From Myxococcota bacterium (GTDB lineage Bacteria; Myxococcota_A; Polyangia; Polyangiales; Sandaracinaceae), in the NCBI GenBank assembly GCA_036149055.1, contig JAYZQJ010000216.1, positions 1-25,907 of the forward strand: a stretch of 25,907 nt of DNA, read 5' to 3'. The position numbers were made by a program, and so were the translations under genes. Shown in pieces: positions 9,060 through 17,382 of the stretch. The notes beneath the pieces are model-generated. The model did not search any database, was not told where the DNA came from, and saw only the letters and a program-made list of their open reading frames with translations. Each line of letters begins with the position of its first letter. The first letter of the stretch is position 1.

Positions 9060-10393
9060 AGGCTCCTGGCGCGGCGCAGCCGCCAGAAGGCGAGGCCGAA
9101 GACGAGGCCGCTGAGGCCGAAGTAGATGGCCAGGCTCAGCCACACGAGGCCGGGGAGCGAGCCGGCGGGCACGTGGGTGACGCCGGGCGCGGGCGGGACG
9201 CCGAGGAAGTAGGTGATCGCGACCTCGCCGAGGAGCGGGGCGTCGGCGGCGCTCGAGATGCCGCGGGGGAAGAGGTGCGTTCCGTCGGGCAGCGGCCAGG
9301 AGGTGGCGACCATCTCGGTGGAGAGCGCGTAGGCGTGGTCGAAGCGGCCGTTCGCACGCGCGGCGCCGAGGCCGAAGGCGCTGGCCGCGGTGCCGAAGCC
9401 GCCCACGATCGGGCCGGCGTCGACCTCCCAGGTCCACTCGCCGTAGCCGCGGGCGAGCTCTCCGCCGTCGGCGAACTCGCGGAAGCCGCTCGCCCAGACC
9501 CGCTCCTGCCAGAAATGCCGCTCGTGGAGCCCGTACCAGCGCTCGGCTTCCTCGGCGTCGAGGTGAGGCGCGAACACCAGGGTCCAGGAGGTGCCGACGC
9601 CCCGCGCGGGCTGCACGATCTCTCCGTCGGGCAGGCTCACCCGGTAGGGCACGAGCCCGAGCGCGTCGGCGCGCTCCCCGGTGAAGGCGCGCAGCGATCG
9701 GGCGGCGAACGCGGAGTGGTCGGTGCCGAGCACCGCGTCGGCCCGCCGCAGGATCCCCACGGCGGCGAGCACGTCGATCGGGTAGCACTCGCCCGGGTAG
9801 TCGTGGAGCAGGCCGAGCGGCGCGGCGTCGAGGTCGGCGGCGAGAGTCTCGACCTGGTCGCGCAGCAGCGGGTGGACCTCCCCCGTGAGCCGCGCGTGGC
9901 TGGTGAGGCCCGCGATCAGCAGCGAGCGGAAGAACACGTTCTCCTCGTGCAGGTAACCCTCGCCCCAGTGCCGCGCGACCCAGCTGTGGTGGGACGGGTC
10001 GAGCAAGAGATCGCGCGCCGCGTCGACCGCGCCCCGTGACTCTGCGAGCGGCGCCTCCCCCTCGCGGCCGCGCGCCTCCCAGTCGTCCTGCAGCTGCTCG
10101 GTCGACATCAGGTAGAAGACCGCGGTGAAGAGCGGCCACTCGGTGGCGATGACGTCGAGCAGCGCCGCCTCCTCCCCGCGCGCCCGCTCGACGCGCTCTC
10201 GCGCCCAGCGCTCGAACCGCGGCGTCAGCTCGCGGTGCATGTCCCGGGCGCGCTCCGGCACCCCGGGCCCGGAGAGCGCCGGGTCGTCGAGGTCGCGCAC
10301 GACCTGCACCCCGGGCAGGAGAAAGAACCACGCGACCAGCCCGGAGAGCCCGATCCACACCGCGCATTCGCCCCACTTCGCGATCGTCTTCAT
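8954..10393 (-). CDS. Membrane-anchored protein resembling linalool dehydratase/isomerase-like alpha/alpha-barrel proteins
   Basis: N- and C-terminal TM helices. Motifs EWPLFTAVFY, LHDYPGECYPID, SGFREF and DAGPIVGGFGTAASAFGLGAARANG. ATG 10393. The family call is from recall and is unverified. Confidence 0.6.
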   Translation of the reverse strand: MKTIAKWGECAVWIGLSGLVAWFFLLPGVQVVRDLDDPALSGPGVPERARDMHRELTPRFERWARERVERARGEEAALLDVIATEWPLFTAVFYLMSTEQLQDDWEARGREGEAPLAESRGAVDAARDLLLDPSHHSWVARHWGEGYLHEENVFFRSLLIAGLTSHARLTGEVHPLLRDQVETLAADLDAAPLGLLHDYPGECYPIDVLAAVGILRRADAVLGTDHSAFAARSLRAFTGERADALGLVPYRVSLPDGEIVQPARGVGTSWTLVFAPHLDAEEAERWYGLHERHFWQERVWASGFREFADGGELARGYGEWTWEVDAGPIVGGFGTAASAFGLGAARANGRFDHAYALSTEMVATSWPLPDGTHLFPRGISSAADAPLLGEVAITYFLGVPPAPGVTHVPAGSLPGLVWLSLAIYFGLSGLVFGLAFWRLRRARSLGRSFLVAEHASEAGGGPAEGSNEVAGAREPARSR

Positions 10394-10439
10394 GCCCCCA
10401 CCGTGAGGCGCGCCCGGATCGCTCGCCGCGACGGAGGCC

Positions 10440-10490
10440 ACGAGCGGTCGCGCGCGGCCCGCGAGCGGTCGCCGCGTCCGACGAGCGGCG
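10440..10490 (-). promoter_or_regulatory. Three LytTR/AlgR-like direct-repeat boxes
   Basis: CGAGCGG starts at 10441, 10462 and 10482. The minus strand reads ACCGCTCGTG, ACCGCTCGCG and GCCGCTCGTC. The boxes lie between the LytTR gene and the next gene's start. Confidence 0.65.
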
Positions 10491-10512
10491 CGAGTCGCTC
10501 GAGGGGGGCATC

Positions 10513-11196
10513 TCAGATTCCGAGGCGTCGGCGGAGGGCGCGGGCGGCCTGGCGGGAGACGGGGACCTCGTGGCCGGTGTCGGTGATGGCGGTGTAGCCG
10601 CCGCTGTCTTCGGGGCGGAGGCGATCGACGCGGTCGAGGCGGAGCAGCGCGCGGCGGTGGACGCGCTCGAAGGGAGCGGCGGGGAGGCGGCGCTCGAGGT
10701 CGGCCAGCGACAGCTCGGTGACCAGCGCCTCGCCGTCGACCCAGACGGTGACCAGGGCGCCGTCGAGCTCGGCGTGGGTGATCTGCGCGGGGCGCACGAG
10801 GCGGACCTCGCCGCGCACGGTCAGCGGGATGGGGTCGTCGCTCGGAGGCGCGACCCGGGCGCGCGCGCGACCGAGGGCGAGCTCGAGGCGCGCCGCGTCG
10901 ATCGGCTTGCGCACGTAGTCGACCGCGCCCTGGTCGAAGGCGTCGGCGGCGTGCTCGGGGTGCGCGGTGGCGAAGACGACGGCCACGCCTCGCCGGGTCG
11001 CGAGCTGGGCGACGTCCATGCCGCTCAGGCCGGGCATGTCGATGTCGAGGATCGCGAGGTCGACTCCGTCGAGCGCGTCGAGGGCCTCCTCACCGCTCTT
11101 CGCCTCGGCCACGATCTCGACGCCGCCGATCGCCTCGAGCAAGCGACGCAGCCGCTTGCGCGCCATCTGCTCGTCGTCGGCGATGAGCACGCGCAT
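10513..11196 (-). CDS. LytTR-family response regulator
   Basis: REC domain (IADDE, LDIDMPG, FATA, DYVRKP) plus LytTR domain (SLADLERRL...FERVHR...VPVSR). Confidence 0.95.
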   Translation of the reverse strand: MRVLIADDEQMARKRLRRLLEAIGGVEIVAEAKSGEEALDALDGVDLAILDIDMPGLSGMDVAQLATRRGVAVVFATAHPEHAADAFDQGAVDYVRKPIDAARLELALGRARARVAPPSDDPIPLTVRGEVRLVRPAQITHAELDGALVTVWVDGEALVTELSLADLERRLPAAPFERVHRRALLRLDRVDRLRPEDSGGYTAITDTGHEVPVSRQAARALRRRLGI

Positions 11197-12161
11197 CAGC
11201 TCGGCTCCCGGGGGAAGGTCATCAGGGCGCGCGTGCGCCCGCGCTCGGCGCGGATCGTCATCTCGGCCGCCTCACCGTACGCGAGGGCGAGCCGCCGCTC
11301 CACGAGCGCGATCCCGTGCCCGCCCTCGCGGCGGCCGGCGAAGGCGCCCGGGTTGTCGATCTCCACCCGGACGCGCGCCCCGACCGAGACCCGCAGCGCG
11401 ACCTCTCCCTCGTGGCCGGCCGCCGGGCCATGGGTGATCGCGTTCTCGAACGCCGGCAGGAGCAGCATGGGCGGCACCGTGACCTCCTCCAGCGCGCCCT
11501 CCTTCTCCAGCCGGAGATGGAAGCGCTCGTCGTCGCGGATCACGTACAGCCCGAAGAGCGCCTCGAGCAGCGCGAGCTCTTCGGTGAGCGGCCAGGTCGG
11601 CGCGCGCACCCCCTCGAGCACCCGGCGCAGGATCGCGGCCAGCTCGAGCAGGGCTCGCTCGGCGACCTCGGGATCCTCGCGACACCACTCCGCGATGGCG
11701 TTGAGGGTGTTGAAGAGGAAGTGCGGGTCGAGCTGCGCGCGGAGCGCGAAGAGCTGCGCGTGCTCGGCCTCGATCGCCGACCGGGTCGCCTGCGCCTCGA
11801 GCTCGAGGTCGCGGCCGAGCCCCCAGCCGCCCACCGCGATCAGCACGCCGAGGATCGGCGCGGCCGACGGGTCGAGCATGTAGCTCCGCACCTCGAGAAG
11901 AGACGGCAGCCGCAGCGCGAACACGTAGACGACGGCGGCGCACACGCCCACGTAGAGGGCGAGGCCGATCGCGCCGTGGCCATGGAGGCGACGCCACGCG
12001 GCGGGGACGACGAGCGTGAAGACCGCGCAGAAGAGCAGCGCGATCAGGGGCGCCGCGACGCTCCGCACCAGGGCCCACTCGACGACCGCCGTCGCCCCGA
12101 AGACCACGCCGAGCGGCAGCGCGCGCTGGCGCGCGAGGAGCCCACGGAGCGTCGAGGTCAT
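11196..12161 (-). CDS. LytS/YehU-type membrane histidine kinase
   Basis: About 4 TM helices, H-box LRAQLDPHFLFNTLNAI, N-box FENAITHG and GHGIALVERRL. TGATG overlap with the regulator. Confidence 0.93.
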   Translation of the reverse strand: MTSTLRGLLARQRALPLGVVFGATAVVEWALVRSVAAPLIALLFCAVFTLVVPAAWRRLHGHGAIGLALYVGVCAAVVYVFALRLPSLLEVRSYMLDPSAAPILGVLIAVGGWGLGRDLELEAQATRSAIEAEHAQLFALRAQLDPHFLFNTLNAIAEWCREDPEVAERALLELAAILRRVLEGVRAPTWPLTEELALLEALFGLYVIRDDERFHLRLEKEGALEEVTVPPMLLLPAFENAITHGPAAGHEGEVALRVSVGARVRVEIDNPGAFAGRREGGHGIALVERRLALAYGEAAEMTIRAERGRTRALMTFPREPS

Positions 12162-12194
12162 GGAGAGAGCCTATCCGCTCTCGCGCTGGGCCGG

Positions 12195-12566
12195 TCAGGC
12201 CAGGACGATCTGATTCCGCTCCACCCAGTAGGTGTTCTCGTCGTCGTCGCGGACGCCGATGCGGCCGGTGGGGACCCAGAGATAGATGTCGCCCTCGACG
12301 CCCTCGTGCGGTCCCTTCACCACCTTCACGCGGCTGCCCTTGCCCATCTCTCCGGGCTTGCGCTCGCCGGCCGCGGGCGCCTCCGGCTCGACGTGCTCCT
12401 CGTCGAACCAGTAGGTGATGCCGTCGTCACCCTTCACGCCGTAGCGCATGCCGGCGCCGTACTTGCTCTGGCCGACCCAGGTGATCTTGCCGCGCACGTC
12501 GGGCTTGCCGAGCTGACGGGCGAACACGCGGTCGCCCTTCTTGAACATGTCGGGGAGGTCGCTCAT
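12195..12566 (-). CDS. Small protein with two KOW/SH3-like repeats
   Basis: FKKGDRV...RGKITW...RYGVKGDDGITYWFDEEHV aligns with MGKGSRVKVVKGPHEGVEGDI...RIGVRDDDENTYWVERNQI. Confidence 0.75.
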   Translation of the reverse strand: MSDLPDMFKKGDRVFARQLGKPDVRGKITWVGQSKYGAGMRYGVKGDDGITYWFDEEHVEPEAPAAGERKPGEMGKGSRVKVVKGPHEGVEGDIYLWVPTGRIGVRDDDENTYWVERNQIVLA

Positions 12567-12654
12567 GGGGAAGCGGATGCTAGCACCGGAAAATCGGAGC
12601 GCCGCCCCCCGGTCGACCGAAGAAAGGGCGCGACTCGGCGGTTGACCGGAGACG

Positions 12655-13170
12655 ATGACCTACCGCGCGGCGCTCCCCCTCACTCCGTCCCCGTTCGACG
12701 GCGTCCTTCGCGACGGCGAGGAGATCGTGGTGGCGACCGCCGCCCGCCGCGGGCTCGTCTTCGCACCGATCGATCTGGCCCTGGTCCCCTTCGGGCTCGT
12801 CTTCGCCGGGATCGCGTCGCTCTTCGCGATCCAGGCGCCGGGCGCGATGGCGCTCTTCGCCCTGCCCCACATCGCGATCGGGCTCTACCTCGCCATCGGC
12901 CGCTTCTTCTGGGACGCGATCCGACGGGCGAGCGCGACCTACGCGGTGACCGACCGTCGGCTGCTCATCCACGAGCGCGGTCGTTTCGTGAGCGTCCCGC
13001 TCGCCGAGATCGGCGAGACCACGTTGCGCGAGCGGGAGGACGACGCCGGGACGATCACGCTCGGTCGACCCGGGCCCGCCGGGCTCCCGTCCGGGCGCCG
13101 CGGCTCACACGCGCGCCGGCTCGAGCTGGCCGCGGAGGCGCGGAGCTTTCACCGCGCGCTCGGCGCGTAG
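12655..13170 (+). CDS. Membrane protein with bacterial PH-like domain
   Basis: LRDGEEIV, two TM helices, then TYAVTDRRLLI...SVPLAEI...GTITLG. Confidence 0.75.
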   Translation: MTYRAALPLTPSPFDGVLRDGEEIVVATAARRGLVFAPIDLALVPFGLVFAGIASLFAIQAPGAMALFALPHIAIGLYLAIGRFFWDAIRRASATYAVTDRRLLIHERGRFVSVPLAEIGETTLREREDDAGTITLGRPGPAGLPSGRRGSHARRLELAAEARSFHRALGA

Positions 13171-13173
13171 CCG

Positions 13174-13623
13174 TCAGAAGCCGAGCGGCGTGCCCTGGTC
13201 GGCGAGGCGCTGGCGGGCGGCGGCGGTGTGGAGCACGCCGGGCACGGCGACGACCGCGAGGATCGCGCTGAGGACGCTCAGCGGCGTCCCGATCATCTGC
13301 ATGCAGGAGAGGATGTTGGGGAAGGCGTAGAAGAGCCAGCCCACCATCGCGAGCGCGACGACCCCGCCGTGGCCCGCGCCGACGTAGGCGGCCCACGGCC
13401 GGGCGCGGAAGACCTGAGCCGCGACCGCGATCTGCGCCACCCCGGACGCGATCAGGAACCACGGCACCATCTCGACCACCGAGTGCACCGAGCGCAGGCC
13501 GAGGAGCTGCACGCCGCTGAGCGCGACGACCAACCCGGTGAGGCCCTGCGCGACGCAGGCCATCTTCACGATCATCGAAGGCTCGGCCGCCTTCAGGTCC
13601 GCGTCGGAGAGCTCGTCGGTCAC
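13174..13623 (-). CDS. Hypothetical 4-TM membrane protein
   Basis: 149-aa ORF with four hydrophobic segments and GC3-biased codons. GTG start. Confidence 0.75.
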   Translation of the reverse strand: MTDELSDADLKAAEPSMIVKMACVAQGLTGLVVALSGVQLLGLRSVHSVVEMVPWFLIASGVAQIAVAAQVFRARPWAAYVGAGHGGVVALAMVGWLFYAFPNILSCMQMIGTPLSVLSAILAVVAVPGVLHTAAARQRLADQGTPLGF

Positions 13624-13668
13624 GAGAGGACGCTAGACGAGGTGCGGCCGTCGATCCAGCATGCCCGG

Positions 13669-15498
13669 ATGCTGAGCCGCCGCGTCGCCTGGGCCCTCTC
13701 CCAGCTCGCCAGCCGGGAGGACGGGGACCTGCCGGCGGCGCGCCGGGAGACGTACGCCGCCCTCGACCCGCTCTTTCGCGGGATGATCCGCGGGCGCGCC
13801 GAGCGGGCGGTGGCGGCGGCGATGTTCGAGACCACCCGGACGGACGACGAGCGGCACGTGCACCGGCTCGCGGCGCTGCGGGTGATGGGCGAGGCGGCCG
13901 GCGCCCCCGACGACGTCGAGGCGGTGACGAGCGCGTTCGAGGCGAAGCGCCCGAAGACGGCGCCCTCGAGGCGCGGACCCACCCTGGCGGCGGCCGGCGC
14001 GCTCGGCGCCGCGCTGGTGCTCGGCGGCGGGGCCGCCTGGTGGCTCACGCGGCCGCCCGCGTCGCTGCACCACGAGGCGGCGCGCACCGAGACCGCGTGG
14101 ACCGAAGGCGGGCGACCGCTGGCGGGCACGCTCGAGCAGCGGGCGGTCTTCGAGGACGCGGTGCCCGACTTCGCGGTGGCCATCGACGCCTACCGGCGGG
14201 CGCGCGGCACGGCGGACGAGGCGCGGGAGCGCGCGGACGTGGTCGGGGCGGCCGAGGCGGGCGCGGCGATGAGCGAAGACGCGCTCGGCGCGGACGTCAC
14301 GTCGTTCCTGCGCGCCCTCTTCGACCAGTCGCTGGCGGTGGTCGAGGGCGCCGACGCGGAGGACAGCTTCGTGCGCGCGGTCGACGCGCTGAACGCGGCC
14401 ATCGCCGACGCCGGGCTCGAGTACTACGTCGACACCGAGGTCCGGATCGATCCCCAGGGGCGGCGCCGCGTCTACCTGTCGACCTTCACGGTGGAGCGCG
14501 TCCGCTTCTTCGACGCCGGCCCGCACCGCCTGCGCGCGCTGCGGCTGAAGCGGCTCGACCGGCTCAACTTCGCCCGCGCGGTGCTCGGCTTCACCCGGCC
14601 GCAGGTGCGGGACGGGCTGGTGCTGCTCGGCCGCATCGAGCGCCACCTGGTTGACGCCATCTTGCCCGGGCTCGGCCCCGAGGCGCGCATGCCGATCGTC
14701 GACGCCGACACCCGCGCCGACGCCCGCGCCCTCTGGGTCGACCGGGTCGAGGAGATCGCGGCGCGCGACGCGCAGGCGGAGGCGGTGGCGCTCGCCGGCG
14801 AGGGCGCGCTCGAGCTCGGCCGGCTCTTCGCCCGGCGGCGCGAGATCCTCGACGGCTGGCGCGATCGCTTCCAGGGCATGGGCCTGACCGTGACCCGCCC
14901 GACCACGGTGGACTTCGACCTGGACGGCTACCGGAGCCTCGAGGATCGGGTGCCGGTCGCGGAGTGGCGGGAGCTCGGCGCGGTGGCCAGCGACCTCCGG
15001 AGCGACGTGCCGCGTGGCGCCTACCGCGAGCTCGAGGAGCGGCTGATCGAGAGCGTGGAGCGGCACGAGGTGCAGCATCGCCTCGACTACGCGTCGGGCA
15101 CCCTCGAGACGACGCCGGCGCCGCTCGTGGAGCTCCTCGGCCCGGAGCACCCGGTCGCCGCGCGCGCGACCGCCGAGCTGAGCGCCTACACGAGCGAGCT
15201 CGCGCGCGGCCCCGACGTCGTCAAGATGAACCTCGCGCTGCTCGCTCGGCACGTGCTCGCGCGGCACAACCAGGGCAGCCCCGAGCACTACGCCGGGCTC
15301 GTCATCCTGGACGGCCTCGCCGAGCAGCTGGGGATCGCCCGGCGGCCCTTCGTCGAGCACCGCCGCGTCGACCGCCAGGCGGTGGCGTTCGCGTACCTCG
15401 AGATCCGCGACCGCTCCGCGGCCGAGCTCAGCGCCGCCGCCGCCGCCCTCTGGGAGGCGCTCTTCGGGCGCCCGCTCCCTCCGCTCAGCGCGCGCTGA
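13669..15498 (+). CDS. Single-pass membrane protein with C-terminal HExxH motif (putative zinc metallopeptidase-like)
   Basis: ATG 13669, TM helix LAAAGALGAALVLGGGAAWWL, and RHEVQHRLD followed downstream by TAELSAY. Confidence 0.7.
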   Translation: MLSRRVAWALSQLASREDGDLPAARRETYAALDPLFRGMIRGRAERAVAAAMFETTRTDDERHVHRLAALRVMGEAAGAPDDVEAVTSAFEAKRPKTAPSRRGPTLAAAGALGAALVLGGGAAWWLTRPPASLHHEAARTETAWTEGGRPLAGTLEQRAVFEDAVPDFAVAIDAYRRARGTADEARERADVVGAAEAGAAMSEDALGADVTSFLRALFDQSLAVVEGADAEDSFVRAVDALNAAIADAGLEYYVDTEVRIDPQGRRRVYLSTFTVERVRFFDAGPHRLRALRLKRLDRLNFARAVLGFTRPQVRDGLVLLGRIERHLVDAILPGLGPEARMPIVDADTRADARALWVDRVEEIAARDAQAEAVALAGEGALELGRLFARRREILDGWRDRFQGMGLTVTRPTTVDFDLDGYRSLEDRVPVAEWRELGAVASDLRSDVPRGAYRELEERLIESVERHEVQHRLDYASGTLETTPAPLVELLGPEHPVAARATAELSAYTSELARGPDVVKMNLALLARHVLARHNQGSPEHYAGLVILDGLAEQLGIARRPFVEHRRVDRQAVAFAYLEIRDRSAAELSAAAAALWEALFGRPLPPLSAR

Positions 15499-16402
15499 GG
15501 AGCGCGGCCAGCTCGGCCGCCGAGATCTCGCGGGCGGCGGGATCGAGCCGGGTGGCCGCCACGCAGGCCTCGTCGAGCGCGGGCGGGATCGTGAGCGCGG
15601 GCGCGCGCCCGGCCGGGGAGGCGCCGTCGGTCCGGAGGATCGAGAGCGCCCGCTGCGCACGCTTGCCCGGGTGCAGCGGCGCGCCGGTCAGCACCTCGAA
15701 GAGCATCGCGCCGAGCCCGTAGACGTCGGCGCTGGTGTCGACCCGCTCGACCTCGCCGCGCAGCTGCTCGGGGGACATGTAGCCGATGGTGCCGAGCACC
15801 GAGCCCGCCCGGGTCTCCACCGCGCCGCTCGCGTCGGTGATCGGCTCGGCCTCCTCCTCCTCGGAGGTGAGCTTCGCGAGGCCCCAGTCCATCAGGTAGG
15901 CGGCGCCGTCCTCGTCGACGCGCACGTTGGAGGGCTTGAGGTCCCGGTGCACCACGCCGCGCGCGTGGGCGTAGGCGACCGCGCGGCAGACCTGGGTGAG
16001 CACGTCGAGCGCCGCGCCCCGCGCGAGCCCCGCCGCCAGCGCCTCGCGGAACGACCGCCCCTCGATCCAGCTCATGGTGAAGAACGGGCGCTCCTCGCCG
16101 TCGAGCCCGATGTCGTGCACGGGGACCACGCCGGCGTGGCGCAGCTGCGCCTGGACCCGCGCCTCGCGGAGGAAGCGCCAGCGGGCGATCCGAGCGTTGC
16201 CGTGCGGCAGGACCTTCATGGCCACGTCGCGCGCGAGCGGTCGATCGCGGCAGCGGCGCACCTCGCCCATCGGGCCGCTCGAGACCACCCCGAGGATCTC
16301 GTAGCGGGTGCCGAACTCCAGCGGCCCGCTCTCGCCGGGATCACCCTCCACCAGCGTGGAGGCCCAGGGCCCGAGCGGGACGAGGTCGAGCGGGTCGGCC
16401 AT
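15485..16402 (-). CDS. Cytoplasmic Ser/Thr protein kinase (kinase domain only)
   Basis: VSSGPMGEV, VAMKVL, FLREARV, HRDLKPSN, DWGLAK, GTIGYMSPEQ, DVYGLG. Alternative start GTG at 16408. Confidence 0.92.
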   Translation of the reverse strand: MADPLDLVPLGPWASTLVEGDPGESGPLEFGTRYEILGVVSSGPMGEVRRCRDRPLARDVAMKVLPHGNARIARWRFLREARVQAQLRHAGVVPVHDIGLDGEERPFFTMSWIEGRSFREALAAGLARGAALDVLTQVCRAVAYAHARGVVHRDLKPSNVRVDEDGAAYLMDWGLAKLTSEEEEAEPITDASGAVETRAGSVLGTIGYMSPEQLRGEVERVDTSADVYGLGAMLFEVLTGAPLHPGKRAQRALSILRTDGASPAGRAPALTIPPALDEACVAATRLDPAAREISAAELAALLSAR

Positions 16403-16413
16403 CGACACCGAGT

Positions 16414-17382
16414 CTACTCGACGGTCGCGCTCGCGCCGTCGGGCAAGACGAAGCGGGTCGCGCCGCCGCCCTCGACCCGCTCGATGAGCCCGGCGCCGTC
16501 GAGCCCCGCGCGGTCGAGGTCACGGCGCAGCCGGTGCATCAGCACGTTCAGCGTCTTGCGCCCCGCCGGCTGCTCGCCCCAGACGCGCGACCACATCAGC
16601 TCGTCGGGCACGGCGTCTCCCGGCTGCAGCGGCGCGGGCGGCGCGAGCAGGACGGCGACGAAGTCGCAGCGCCGCTCGGAGAGGTAGACCGCGACGTCGT
16701 CGACGTGGAGCCGACCGCCGCGCGGCATGAACTCGAGCCGCACCGCCGCGAAGCCGGTCGCCGCGTTGGCCACCGTCGACTCGTCGCCGAGGTCGCCGCC
16801 GGCGACGACCTCGAAGCGGCGCCCGTCGATCTCGAGCGCGCTGCCCGCCCGGGCGAGCCCGGCGTCCTCCGCCTCGAGGGGCGCGCCGTCGAGGGTGATC
16901 GGAGCGCTGGCCGCCACCTCGAGCCCCGAGCGCCCGGAGAGGAGCACCACCGCGCGCGGCGGCAGGCCCTCGACCCGAAGGTCGTCTCGCTGGTCGCCGC
17001 CGATCGAGAACGCGGCCGCCTCGATCGAGAACATGCTGCCGCTCGGCCCCTTGAGCACCCAGAGCGGGGTCGGGCCGGCGAGCTCGGAGCTTTCGGCCGC
17101 CTCCTCGACCACCGTGAAGCGCGCCCCGCCGACCTCGAGCGTGGCCCCGGGCGGGAGCGCCGCGCCGTCCGACAGCGCGGCTCCGTCGACGGTGACCTCG
17201 CCCTTGCCCATCACCGCGATCGCGACGCCCTCCTCGTCGAGGTGGACGAGGGCCTGGCGGCGGCTCGCCGACGGCGACGCGAGCACCACGTCGCAGCCGG
17301 GCGCGCGCCCCAGGAGGAGCCCCGCCGGCGTGATGCGCCGCGAGGTGCCCGCCTCGGTGCGGAGCCAGAAGGCGCGGCTCAC
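16414..17382 (-). CDS. FHA domain(s) plus C-terminal OmpR-type winged-helix regulator
   Basis: GTG 17382 overlaps the GGDEF stop (GTGA). FHA1 is LLGRAPGCDVVLASPSASRRQA. A degenerate FHA2 is FSIGGDQRDDLRV. The wHTH is LSERRCDFVAVLL...SRVWGEQPAGRKTLNVLMHRLRRDL. Confidence 0.82.
   Translation of the reverse strand: MSRAFWLRTEAGTSRRITPAGLLLGRAPGCDVVLASPSASRRQALVHLDEEGVAIAVMGKGEVTVDGAALSDGAALPPGATLEVGGARFTVVEEAAESSELAGPTPLWVLKGPSGSMFSIEAAAFSIGGDQRDDLRVEGLPPRAVVLLSGRSGLEVAASAPITLDGAPLEAEDAGLARAGSALEIDGRRFEVVAGGDLGDESTVANAATGFAAVRLEFMPRGGRLHVDDVAVYLSERRCDFVAVLLAPPAPLQPGDAVPDELMWSRVWGEQPAGRKTLNVLMHRLRRDLDRAGLDGAGLIERVEGGGATRFVLPDGASATVE

Noticed and set aside
15870..16290. Kinase 3 as a pseudokinase because of DWG and the SGPMG loop
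   Set aside because: The catalytic Lys, the helix-C Glu, HRDLKPSN and the Mg-binding Asp are intact. DWG is a common variant in bacterial kinases.
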